Source: Macrostomum lignano
Taxonomy: Eukaryota
Assembly (NCBI GenBank): GCA_002269645.1
Contig: NIVC01002877.1
Span: forward strand, 1-64,000
Direction: 5' to 3'
Length of the DNA: 64,000 nucleotides
The notes beneath the pieces are model-generated. The model ran no database searches. It was not told the DNA's origin and worked only from the letters and a program-made list of their open reading frames with translations. The position numbers were made by a program, and so were the translations under genes. Positions 34,258-45,425 of the stretch are shown one piece after another. The number at the start of each line of letters is the position of its first letter. The stretch's first letter is position 1.

Positions 34258-36089
34258 CCGCGGCTCCAGTGGCCTCGGCAAGCTGGCAGCCGCAAATTTT
34301 AATCCCAAGTTTTTACTCCATTCGCGACATCAATTTCAATCCGAGTGGCTCCCTTGACGCAAATGCCTGGGCGAAGGAGCTGAACGGCGACCCCAACGGG
34401 CCTTTTTTAATTGACGGAGTCCAAAACGGCTTCGCGCTCACTACTGAAACAGATTTTAAGCCTTCCGAAGTTGAGAACTACTCGTCCGCCATTGAGTACA
34501 AGACGCTGGTTGAAGAGCAATTGCAGCGTGAGATCGCCAGCGGGCGGTATGTGTCAGTCAGCCGACGCCCGTGCAAGATCTCAGCGCTTGGTGCCATCCC
34601 GAAAGAGGACGGTGGAGTCCGTATCATCCACGACTGCAGTCGTCCGGAAGGCTGTGCGGTCAACGACCACTTTATCGCAGACCACAAGATTAAGTTTGAA
34701 ACGGTTAGCGGCCTCTGCTCACAACTCAAGCCCGGTGACTTCACGGCCAAGATCGATCTCAAGGAGGCGTATCGCTCAGTGGGTGTTCATCCTTCTTCTC
34801 TCGACGCTCTGGGCATCAAATGGCAATTTAGCGGCGACAGTGAGCCTACCTACCTGGTCGACACCCGGCTGAGCTTCGGCGCTGCGGCCTCGGTGTACCA
34901 TTTCAACAGGCTGTCTAAGGCGGTGGTGCGCATGATGCAACGGCGCGGGTTCACCTGCATTGGCTACCTCGACGACTTCGCTGTGGCCGGGAGCACCTAC
35001 GAGTCCTGTGTCGAGGCTTACGAGAGCTTGAGGAGCCTGGCGACGAGCCTCGGTTTCACCATCAACGAAAAGAAGTCTAGCGGGCCGTCGCGGCGCACGG
35101 TTCTCCTGGGCGTCCTGATTGACACAGAGTCGGGGATGCTGAGCATCCCACCGGCCAAGCTCAGTGCACTCAAAGACGCACTTGGGAGCTGCTTGCATCG
35201 ACGCGGTGCCATCAGCAAGCGCGACCTTCAGCGGATCTGCGGCAAGCTGTCCTGGGTGAGCAGCGTGACCAGGAAAGGCCGAGCTTCCATCCGCCCTCTA
35301 CTGATGCTGGCGAGCCGGGCGACTAGACCTGGGGACAAATTGCGGCTGACCCCGCACCTCACTGAGCTGCTGCACTGGTGGAGGAGAAGCCTTCAGTCCG
35401 TTGGCTGCGCGCCCATCTGGCCTCGCTACGCTCGAAGGATCGTCATCGAGACTGACGCCTGCAACTCGGGTGGTGCCTGCATTGTTCGGGAGGCCAATAA
35501 ATCCGACTGGCTCTACATCAACTGGAAGAACGACGCTGGTGGCCGTTTTGCTTCGGCCCACATCAACGTTAAGGAGACCATCACGCCTGTCCTCAGCATC
35601 CTCGCGGCCCCGGGCCGCTTCGCCGGTGCGGACATCGTCGTGTACAGCGATAGCTCGGCAGCTGTCGGTGCGCTGAACAAGCTCAGCTCGCCATGTAACG
35701 ACGTCAACCGGCTCCTGCACACGCTGTCGCTTGCCTGCGACGCGTGGGGTCTGCGGCTGCGGGCCTTTCACGTTCCAGGCGCCTTCCAGGTCCTGGCGGA
35801 CCCGGCCTCTCGCCTTGCTTCTAGAAGCGGGGCGCAGAATTTCTTTCTCCGCTTCTACCGTAGCCTGCATGATTTAGCTGCTGAATCCTGCTGCATCTCG
35901 CGCCACGCACTCTGCCCTGCCTCCGCCTCCCTTTTGCTTTTGCAGGTCCGGCGCCTCCTGCCTCCCGCCTACCCGGGCCGCTCCTTCGCTTTCTCGCCGA
36001 CGCCTGGGCTCCTAGTACGAGGGCATCGTACGCTTCAAACCTCGAACAGTGGCAGCGCTTCTGCAACCTCGAAGGTGTTCAGCCACTAG
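34179..36089 (+). CDS. Reverse transcriptase-RNase H (ORF2)
   Basis: KIDLKEAYR, RLSFG, YLDD; RNase H motifs IETDAC, HINVKE, VYSDS and VLADPASR. Confidence 0.95.
   Translation: MQVHSCVPSLLALGPQRDATRGKKRIAAAPVASASWQPQILIPSFYSIRDINFNPSGSLDANAWAKELNGDPNGPFLIDGVQNGFALTTETDFKPSEVENYSSAIEYKTLVEEQLQREIASGRYVSVSRRPCKISALGAIPKEDGGVRIIHDCSRPEGCAVNDHFIADHKIKFETVSGLCSQLKPGDFTAKIDLKEAYRSVGVHPSSLDALGIKWQFSGDSEPTYLVDTRLSFGAAASVYHFNRLSKAVVRMMQRRGFTCIGYLDDFAVAGSTYESCVEAYESLRSLATSLGFTINEKKSSGPSRRTVLLGVLIDTESGMLSIPPAKLSALKDALGSCLHRRGAISKRDLQRICGKLSWVSSVTRKGRASIRPLLMLASRATRPGDKLRLTPHLTELLHWWRRSLQSVGCAPIWPRYARRIVIETDACNSGGACIVREANKSDWLYINWKNDAGGRFASAHINVKETITPVLSILAAPGRFAGADIVVYSDSSAAVGALNKLSSPCNDVNRLLHTLSLACDAWGLRLRAFHVPGAFQVLADPASRLASRSGAQNFFLRFYRSLHDLAAESCCISRHALCPASASLLLLQVRRLLPPAYPGRSFAFSPTPGLLVRGHRTLQTSNSGSASATSKVFSH
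34245..34293 (+). promoter_or_regulatory. Predicted -1 ribosomal frameshift signal
   Basis: Heptamer A AAA AAC (34245-34251) in the ORF1 frame, 8-nt spacer, then stem GCGGCTCCAG / CTGGCAGCCGC; the -1 frame is ORF2. Confidence 0.7.
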
Positions 36090-36958
36090 CGGCGTCCCCG
36101 GTGCACTTGGTCGAGTATGTGCGACGCCTGGCTAAGCGCGGCGTGGCACCCGGTAGCCTCGGTGGACACCTGGCAGCCATCAGCTGGAGCTTCAAGCTGG
36201 CGCAACTCCCCGACATCACCAAGTCCGGCCTGATCGATCTGGCAGTTAAGAGCGCCAAACTGACAAGCGGCCATTCAGTCAAGCAGAAAGACCCCATCAC
36301 CCCGGCTGTTCTGCTTTCACTGGCAAACCAGGTGAACCCAAGAGACCCTGCAGACGCCGCCTTTTGGGCCGCCGTGCTCTGCTGCTTCTGGGCGCTTCTC
36401 AGGAAAGCAAATGTCTGCGGGCGCCACTCCATTCTCGTCGGCGACACTCAGGCCGATAGTCAGTGCTGGAGACTCCGAGTTCGACAGTCGAAGACCAACC
36501 AATGCGGACAAGACTACCAGGAGGCGGTGCTGCCAGCGCTCGGAAGCCACCCACTATGCCCTGTCCAAGCCCTGCGGCGGCATTTTCAGACTAACAAGCT
36601 GCGGTCTGCGCCGGCGCTCACTCGGCTGTTTTGCGTCCACATCGCCGGAAGCTGGTGCCCGATGTCATCGCGTCAATTCGACCGCCGCCTCGCTCGGGCT
36701 CTGACAGATGCGGGTTGGGCGGCGACAGCTTTCTCAGGCCACTCTCTACGACGGGGTGGCGCCTGTCTGGCGTTCGACAGCGGCCTCGACGTGGAGCAGA
36801 TCAAGCGGCTGGGCGGCTGGCGCAGCGGCGCCGTTTCACGCTACCTGCCGCAGTCGGGAGGTTGCCTCCGTCTCCTGCGCCCAATGGTCAACCGTGTGCT
36901 GTCGGCACCTCCTAGCGCTCGCCTGACTCGCCCCGTCGCCGTGTACCCTACTTTTTAA
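35946..36958 (+). CDS. Tyrosine recombinase (ORF3); frame open from ~35885, overlapping RNase H
   Basis: AWAPSTRASY N-terminal domain upstream of the called GTG start; catalytic LLRK, KT, GHSLRRGGA and GGWRSGAVSRY. Confidence 0.93.
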
Positions 36959-38572
36959 TCCGTTTGTTCGGGTTTTTGGGATGTTTTGCTCGTGCTCTGC
37001 AATCCTTGCCTTTGCTCTCTCCCTCCGGCCGTTCCGCTAAGTGTAGATTGGCTGGCCAATCGCTGTTAGCGGGGCCGGGGGGCTTGTCGTCGCCCGTGTT
37101 TGGGGGTGCTTGGTCCGGGGGTGGGTGCGCCGCCCCCGGGGCGGGGGTGGGTGTCTGTGGGGCATTTTTAGCCCCGTGGGTTGTGCCCGCCTCAGGCTAT
37201 CTCTCCTCGCCAGTTTGCATGCGTTTTTTTTTCTGCTTTTAGCCCTCTTTCTCGCAATTCCTGCAACTTCTTTTTTCCTTTCGCTTCGATTACCTTTTAC
37301 TCTTCCAAATAGTTTTTTCGAATGCTTTCCAAATATACTCGTGTCTCGTAAGTTGCCCATACAGGGCGGTAGGATGTTTTGCTCGTGCTCTGCAATCCTT
37401 GCCTTTGCTCTCTCCCTCCGGCCGTTCCGCTAAAGGCAACTTAGCACCAGGACTATTTTCATCTATCGGAATAGCGCGTAAAATCTATCGTAAAACGTAC
37501 AGGAAAGTCGAATTCAGCACGCCAGTGAAGTAATAGACAGGCTAGGCTTATGGGCTAAGGTCTGCGATGCTTCACGCCTGCCCCTATCTTCAGCAGGTTA
37601 AGGCCGGTGGGAGGTCTGCACTCCCTGTTTGCCTCTGGCAGCCGCAGACTCTCCCACGCTGTCTCGCAAATCGACCCAGGGGTACCCGTCCCCGCGAGTG
37701 TTTAAGGCAGACCCTAGGGCTGCTGGACAGACTGTGCTCAGGTTCCGACGCTGGCCACCCATCCAATGGCTTTTGCCGAACTTGGGTATGCGGGTCTAGC
37801 TCGCCAGTCCGCAGGTTGTGTTACTGCTTATCCGCGTACTCTCTAATCCCTAAGGTGTTTGACCGTGCCCATGGACTGGAAGGCCGGGGAGTAGTCCGGT
37901 AGCTAGCTGTATCAGCAAGCCAAATCAGGACCTGCAAGATCCAAGCGACCGAGGAATGCATCATCGCCATCTCACCGCTGACGAACAAACTCGCGATTCT
38001 GCTTTTCTCTCGCATTGCCAGCTCCATCAGTCGAGTCAATTTAGCCTTCTTCGGAAAGTGATATGAGCTGTTAAAGCAGCAACTGCCACTTGCGTGTTAC
38101 TCAAGCCCTCAGTCTGAGGAAATTTTTTCCATCTGGCAGCCGGCTTTCACTCATTGGCATTCCTCCCCAATTATGGACAACAGTCGCGAAATATGGAAGC
38201 AAGCAGAATTCTCTTCCTTGCCTGATCTTCGTTTTCGATCCGTGCAAAAATGACTGAAAGCCGCAACTGGCATTATCGCATGCGGGGGTGGGCGGAGCTT
38301 GGCTCTATTTTAGTCGCAATTTAGGCATAACACTGCGACGTTGCTATGGGACTGCAGATGCTAATGTGCTCAGCAGTTTGACTTCTTGGATAGAGAGGGA
38401 GATAGTTGGGGTTGCTGGGCCAAAAACGGGAGCATCAATTTGGCCATGCGTCAATCAGTAGCCACGAGAGCAGTCATCTAATTTAGCAGCACCCAGCTGA
38501 GCTACAAATACAAGCGCGGGGGCCTGAGGCTTCGCTACCCATGCAGATTAAACAGCTCTCACTGTTCCGGCC

Positions 38573-38827
38573 ATGATCGAGTCTTCGAGAGCCATTCTGC
38601 TGCTGTTGTGGCTGCTGACCGTCGCGATTCCGCAGTGTCGCAGCGCGGCCGTCCAGCCTTCGACCGACCCGGACAAGCCGCTCGACTGGTTCCGGAGACC
38701 CGGCCTGCAAGCTGCGGTCGCCGTGGCTGCGGCTGATAAGCGGCAGTTCGACAACACGGAAGCTCTGCGCCAGGAGTTGCGCCGCATTCTGTACAGAATC
38801 GAGCACGGCAGTGGGGATTTGAGGTGA
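38573..38827 (+). CDS. Secreted prohormone-like protein, probably a first exon
   Basis: Hydrophobic signal (AILLLLWLLTVAIPQCRS), dibasic RR and KR sites, Gln after KR, and donor AG|GTGAGC after 38823. Confidence 0.55.
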   Translation: MIESSRAILLLLWLLTVAIPQCRSAAVQPSTDPDKPLDWFRRPGLQAAVAVAAADKRQFDNTEALRQELRRILYRIEHGSGDLR

Positions 38828-39716
38828 GCAGTCCCAACATTTTCTTTCAGTTAATTCCGTAGATGATCAGTTTGTATCCAATACAATCAGCAAACTTCAG
38901 TGCTCAGTGCACCGCAGACAGTTGCAGCTATGGTGAAGCGGTGGCATTCAAAGAGGGACTCGATTTAGTTCGAGTGCAGAGCGAAACTTCTCATCAGAAA
39001 AGTTCAGAAGGGAGAATAAGTCCGACCTGAGCCTTGTAGCTTCGCTAGACGCAACTAGAAAACCGCGAGACATCCCATCCCGACTCCGCTCTTTAAAACG
39101 CCTAGAAATACACGTACAGGCGAGATCGCATTGCATCATTTCTGAATAAAAAGCAATTGCAACACCTTTGTTGCAGGTACGGATAGCCACGAAAGTGTGA
39201 CCGTCATTTGGATCAAGCAGTGCTGCGGCGAGTTGAACTGCAAAACATTCTGGCAACCGATTGTGACAACGAGAGATAATACATAAATGGGAAGTTAAAG
39301 TTTTTTATATAAATATATCGCTGCTGCAGACTTAACTGAATTTTATGCTGCCACTGTTTTAACATTCAAATTTAGTATTTATAATTAATAATCCTGATAA
39401 CTATGCATATAATACTTTTAGTTTATTTTTTCCACATACATGTAATAGCTCGAATTGAATTGATTGATTTAGAATGTTTCATTGTATAAAGCTTTTAAGA
39501 TTTTAAGAAACAATTAACTACTCGTACCCAAGAAAGTAGTATATTAGGAATTTTTCAGACCCAAAGTACGAGCGTATATCTGAATTCAATTTACGAGGTG
39601 GATATTGTATTTGTGCATAAGTTCTACGGGTATGGCCTTTTCTTCTAGGAGCCTACCGCATCGATTTGGCAGCGGCTAACGAGAGCTGCGGCAAAAAAAC
39701 GGAAAAAAGCCGAGCG

Positions 39717-41020
39717 TTCAATCTCTTTACTGGACCTTGTGACGGCTCTTAGAGAGCCGAGTCTTCAATCTCTTTACTGGACCTTGTGACGGCTCTTAGA
39801 GAGCCGAGTCTTCAATCTCTTTACTGGACCTTGTGACGGCTCTTAGAGAGCCGGGCCTTCAATCTCTTTACTGGACCTTGTGACGGCTCTTAGAGAGCCG
39901 AGTCTTCAATCTCTTTACTGGACCTTGTGACGGCTCTTAGAGAGCCGAGTCTTCAATCTCTTTACTGGACCTTGTGACGGCTCTTAGAGAGCCGAGTCTT
40001 CAATCTCTTTACTGGACCTTGTGCCGGCTCTTAGAGAGCCGAGTCTTCAATCTCTTTACTGGACCTTGTGACGGCTCTTAGAGAGCCGAGTCTTCAATCT
40101 CTTTACTGGACCTTGTGACGGCTCTTAGAGAGCCGAGTCTTCAATCTCTTTACTGGACCTTGTGACGGCTCTTAGAGAGCCGAGCCTTCAATCTCTTTAC
40201 TGGATCTTGTGACGGCTCTTAGAGAGCCGAGTCTTCAATCTCTTTACTGGACCTTGTGCTGGCTCTTAGAGAGCCGAGTCTTCAATCTCTTTACTGGACC
40301 TTGTGCTGGCTCTTAGAGCCGAGCCTTCAATCTCTTTACTGGAACTTGTGACGGCTCTTAGAGAGCCGAGCCTTCAATCTCTTTACTGGACCTTGTGCCG
40401 GCTCTTAGAGAGCCGGGCCTTCAATCTCTTTACTGGACCTTGTGACGGCTCTAAGAGAGCCGAGCCTTCAATCTCTTTACTGGACCTTGTGACGGCTCTA
40501 AGAGAGCCGGGCCTTCAATCTCTTTACTGGACCTTGTGACGGCTCTTAGAGAGCCGAGCCTTCAATCTCTTTACTGGACCTTGTGACGGCTCTAAGAGAG
40601 CCGAGCCTTCAATCTCTTTACTGGACCTTGTGACGGCTCTTAGAGAGCCGAGCCTTCAATCTCTTTACTGGACCTTGTGACGGCTCTAAGAGAGCCGAGC
40701 CTTCAATCTCTTTACTGGAACTTGTGACGGCTCTTAGAGAGCCGGGCCTTCAATCTCTTTACTGGACCTTGTGACGGCTCTAAGAGAGCCGAGCCTTCAA
40801 TCTCTTTACTGGACCTTGTGACGGCTCTAAGAGAGCCGGGCCTTCAATCTCTTTACTGGACCTTGTGACGGCTCTTAGAGAGCCGAGCCTTCAATCTCTT
40901 TACTGGACCTTGTGACGGCTCTAAGAGAGCCGAGCCTTCAATCTCTTTACTGGACCTTGTGACGGCTCTTAGAGAGCCGAGCCTTCAATCTCTTTACTGG
41001 ACCTTGTGACGGCTCTTAGA
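39717..41020. repeat. 47-bp tandem repeat, ~27 copies, each with a 7-bp hairpin
   Basis: Unit TTCAATCTCTTTACTGGACCTTGTGACGGCTCTTAGAGAGCCGAG(T/C)C; stem CGGCTCT/AGAGCCG. Confidence 0.95.
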
Positions 41021-41945
41021 GAACGAAATGAATCAGGTAAGCTTCGCCTCGGCCTGAAACTTTTGTATTGGTTGCTCCAACGAGTTGAAAGAATCCTCAG
41101 GAAAGAAGTCTGCTATCAACTGCTCTGGGACAACAAAATCGGCCTCGTGTCGACGCGATGCCGTGGCTTTGTCAGATCTCTCAGTTAGTGGAGGATTTGT
41201 AAAGTAGTGCGGCATAGTTGTGCTGCTGAATTGAGTGGCAACCGCCTCTGGCTTCAATCTTCTCTGGGAGAGGAGAGAGCATCGGGATCATCACTAGGTT
41301 TTCCGTTTCTTCCTGTACAGGTTTCTGACTCAGCTGTCTGACTCGACGAACTGCAAAGACAGATGCGAGTGTAATTGGTTGGTTGGAACGTTGCCTTTCT
41401 AGATAGATTTCGAAGACATTTTGCAAGATCTTTTTTCTCAGGAAACCGGTGAAATGACACTTCATTCGCTATTGCCCAGAGTGTCGTTTTCGGATTTTCA
41501 GCCATATACTGGACACTTGTTGGGCATTCGGACAAATGCAAGTATTTCCCAAGGACTACTCAAAAACTCAGGACTTAAACTTGGTAGGAATCAAAGATCA
41601 TATATGCATCGATAAGAATATAAGATCTATGGTAGGAATTTTTTTTCAAGGCTCGCTTGAAAGCTTTCTCTATGGTAAAAAGTCTCTACTAGATAGCGAT
41701 TATGTATCAGATTAAACATGCCTTTTGAGGGAGTTATTTGTATAAATCACGAGGGGCCCGAGGGATTTATGAAAATAACTCCCGAAAAAGGCATGTTTAA
41801 TCTCGTATAAACCATAGACATAAAGACTTTACGGGATATTTTTGAATATTACCAAATAAAATCCCGGAGAACGCAAATATTGTCACGGAAAGTCTTTATT
41901 TCTATGGATTATATACGAATTGCAAAGTTTGAAGTCGTGTTGCTA

Positions 41946-43018
41946 CACCTTTTACCATTCTATTTTGGCAAACGTGCAATCAAAGTCAAAATCTTTTCGT
42001 TCAATTCAGACAGTTTATGATAGTTCTTGGCCGGACGTGCATTCAATTCAGACAGTTTATGGTAGTTCTTGGCCGGACGTGCATTCAATTCAGACAGTTT
42101 ATGGTAGTTCTTGGCCGGACGTGCATTCAATTCAGACAGTTTATGGTAGTTCTTGGCCGGACGTGCATTCAATTCCGACAAATGTGCTTTCAAAAGCGAC
42201 AATTTTCAAACAAAGCAAACAAGCTACCACACGAGAAACCGACACTTTGCAATCAATTCCTATGAATTGGCTTTTTCTGTCCTCTTATCCATGGCTCATA
42301 CTGCAAAATTTCCAATCAATTCCGACAAATTTCAATCTATTTAGACAAGCCATTGGAGTACATACTACATGTACTGTACATTTACAGTATACTTTAAAAT
42401 GCAACAGGACAACTAAAACTGAAACAGTCAGCAGAATTCATGAGGTTCGTAAAGATTCAGCAGTCAGATTTTAGCCATCAATCGGCACTTCCGCAATGCA
42501 GCGCGGTACATAAGTCAGACAATGGTTGTACCAAGCCGTGCAGTTGGCTCTGGTGACGACGTTTACAGTACTATTCGTTACTCCCTCAAGCATATCACGC
42601 CGACATGCTGCTTTGGTGCAAGGCTAAATCTATGGGTGTTCCGAATCTCCAAGTTTCTCTCCATGATGTGTCTATGGCATTTAGTCCTGGCCCCACCCAA
42701 AGTAAAAAGTAGCTTGTCTAAATAGATTGAAATTTGTCGGAATTGATTGGAGATTTCGCAGTATGAGCCATAGATAGGAGGACAGAAAAAGCCAATTCAT
42801 AGCCAACTGTCAGAATTGATTGCAAATTGTTTGAATTGATTGCAAAGTGTCGGTTTCTCGTGGTAGCTTGTTTGCTTTGTTTGAAAATTGTCGCTTTTGA
42901 AAGCACATTTGTCGGAATTGAATGCACGTCCGGCCAAGAACTACCATAAACTGTCTGAATTGAATGAAAAGATTTTGACTTTGATTGCACGTTTGCCAAA
43001 ATAGAATGGAAAAAGGTG
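41946..43018. mobile_element. Long-TIR (foldback) non-autonomous DNA transposon with TA flanks; 42-bp repeat amplified in the left arm
   Basis: TA|CACC...GGTG|TA; ~41946-42345 is the inverted copy of ~42717-43018. Confidence 0.75.
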
Positions 43019-43031
43019 TAGTAGAATACTG

Positions 43032-43990
43032 TATAGCATTTTGCGTTGCACTTAAGCTTACGGGCAAATAAATCACTTGATCCTACGTGGCAGAATTACA
43101 CTGGCGAGGGCAGCTGCCGAACAAGTCCATGGCCCAAACCGTTGGCTGGCGGGCAAATTACTGCCACTGAGCTCAGATGAGTGCCTTGGGGCACTGACTT
43201 AATCCATTCATGCTCTATCAAATCGAAGTAGAAGCTAAGGCTCGCAGCAACATGAGCTCGGAAGATGAGGCCAGCAACGCTAGCTATGAAACTGCACCAG
43301 ATGGAATTGGGGGATGACAACAACGTAGACCGTGGTCAAGGATGAGCGATGAAAAGCACAGCCTCGTCATCGACGCCCTAGACAGGGGTGAGCGGCCGGT
43401 CGGCGTTGCGCGACGGTTCCAGGTCAACATTAAGACTGTTTTGTCAATCCGAAGGCGATACGAAGTTACTGGACGCCGTCATCGATTTCCCCAAGGCCAA
43501 GGCGTGGGCCGAGTACCAAAACTTTCAGTTGCCCATGTACAGCACCTCGTTGACAAAATCAACGCTAACCCGCTTCTAACCCTAGCTCAGATGAAAAACC
43601 TGCTGCAAAACGTTTTGCTCATGTCCATGTTTTGCTCATTTTGGCTCATTGCCAGTACTGGGTTGCAGCTGCTGTTGTTTATTTTCCAACTTTGTTATGG
43701 CCAACCAACCACCTGCCTATGTTCCCTCATTTGCTCATATGTTGCTCATGTTGACCGATTAAAATTATACCCTTGCCACAACACCACCCACTGGGCGGCC
43801 GATTGAAAGCTTTTCAAACTGCGATAGAGCATGAATGGATTAAGTCTGTGCCCCAAGGCTAAAGTAAATTGCCCACTAACCACCAGTTGAGACCATAGAA
43901 TCGATCGGCAGCCGCCCTCGCCAGTGTTATTCTGGCCACTTGGGATTAAGTGATTTGCCCGTAAGCTTAAGTGCAACGCAAAATCCTATA
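43032..43990 (+). mobile_element. Internally deleted IS630/Tc1/mariner-type element
   Basis: TIRs TATAG(C/G)ATTTTGCGTTGCACTTAAGCTTACGGGCAAAT at both ends. Confidence 0.8.
43342..43612 (+). pseudogene. Truncated transposase, N-terminal HTH region only
   Basis: GERPVGVARRFQVNIKTVLSIRRRYEVTG...GRVPKLS...ANPLLTLAQM; no DDE/D catalytic domain follows. Confidence 0.72.
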
Positions 43991-44984
43991 GAATATATAT
44001 ATACATATATTTATATGGATATGCATGTTTGTGAATATACCAGGTATCGAATGTATAGCGCCTATTAGTGTCCCTGCATTTGCTCCTGGAAATATGTAAA
44101 TATGGAAATATGTAAACGGCATAAGTTAAATTGAACTGAAACAGAAACAAGAACTGACACCATATAAGCCAACACACAACAAGCAATAGTAGATGGATAA
44201 GTGACGTTTATTTGGAAGAGGAAGAGGAGATTTTTACCAGTAGAAAGTTGATAACAATGTACACGCCCCAGCAATATGCTCGTAAAATGTATCAAACAGT
44301 AGCTGTTTAAAGCTGAACTTTCTCGATTTGCAAAAATTTCTTGTGAGATTTTTAAAAGCAAAACGCTGAATGATTCCTGCACGGTCACGAGTGATGACAT
44401 CGTGACATCTAGATGACACCTAGAATCCAATAATTTGAAAAGCGAGCAACTCTACCGGAATGACATCTCGCACGAGTCAGCGTGTTGGAATTCTAATGTC
44501 GATTGACCCTTCTATGTAGATAAGAAATAGTACACCAGACCGTAAGTTTGGGTAAGCTTATGGTTCCTATCTTTTCAATTTTAAATTTCGGGGTCAAGAG
44601 GGCGGCAAGCCTATTGATTGATTTCTTATCTTCTCTCATCTCTCAAATCTCGCAATTAGTCATCTAAATCAACCATGTTTTTATCGAAAACAAGCCTTGC
44701 ACATCTAGAATAAAATATTTTTGATATTTTTAAAAGTTTTAATTTAAACATAATATTTAAATTATATATTTACAAAGGAAATTCACCTCTAATTGCCTCA
44801 ACCTACCTTGATATGTCAATAAATGATGTACAGCAACGCTACCTGGCACTCGCAAACAAGAAAATTTCCAGAGAAAGTTCAGCTGCTGTTTTAGGTTTAT
44901 TGTAATGTGGCGGATTTTTCTACACTGAATTTTTTATAGTGTATGGTATCGTTCCGTGACACCAGTAGTTCGTTCGACCGCAAG

Positions 44985-45425
44985 TATCTGCAGGGTCTGA
45001 TTGGACTTGCCTGGGCTGCCTTTCGTTCCATGAGGGCAGCAGACCTGGCGTTTGAGCCCCCTACCTGACCGCCAGAAGGCGGCGTTGTTCTGCGCTAGGA
45101 CCGTCCTGGTTTACGACACCGAGACTTGGACAGACTGACAGACTTGCTCGATCATCAAGTTGACGCGGCGCACGCTGGCCTCAAGGACAACTGAAGTTAC
45201 GTTATATATAAAAATTACACGATACGCGAGTGTTGCGTCCTACTACTTCAGTTGTCCTTGGCTGGCCTTCAAGATCGACGGCGACAGAGCTACCAACGCG
45301 GCACTGTATCGCCGCGCCAGCCTTGATCCGTCCGTCCAAGCGACTTGTTGCGCCATCGGTGACTCCAGCTGGCAGCCATATCATAGGTGCCGAGTCGCAA
45401 TACCCACTGCCGGGTGTAGCCTGCT
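44985..45425 (+). mobile_element. Second degenerate RTE-like LINE 3' fragment
   Basis: Shares CCTGACCGCCAG.(A/G)GGCGG.GTTGTTC and NAALYRRA-type coding remnants with 15.8-16.3 kb. Confidence 0.6.

Larger units (their letters stand above)
33027..37433 (+). mobile_element. Ngaro/PAT-type tyrosine-recombinase retrotransposon (DIRS order) with split direct repeats, apparently intact
   Basis: Layout A1 (33027-~33217) - ORF1 - RT/RH - YR - B1 (36979-37040) A2 (37041-~37231) - spacer - B2 (37372-37433); three uninterrupted overlapping ORFs. Confidence 0.95.

Noticed and set aside
33336-37433. Numerous antisense and alternate-frame ORFs over the Ngaro element
   Set aside because: Expected in GC-rich coding DNA; no motifs.
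39717-41020. CRISPR-like array of palindromic repeats
   Set aside because: Units are contiguous with no unique spacers, there are no cas genes, and the context is eukaryotic.
41006-41615. Cluster of short ORFs, with a plus-strand donor CAG|GTAAGC near 41037
   Set aside because: No consistent exon chain or recognisable domain could be built.
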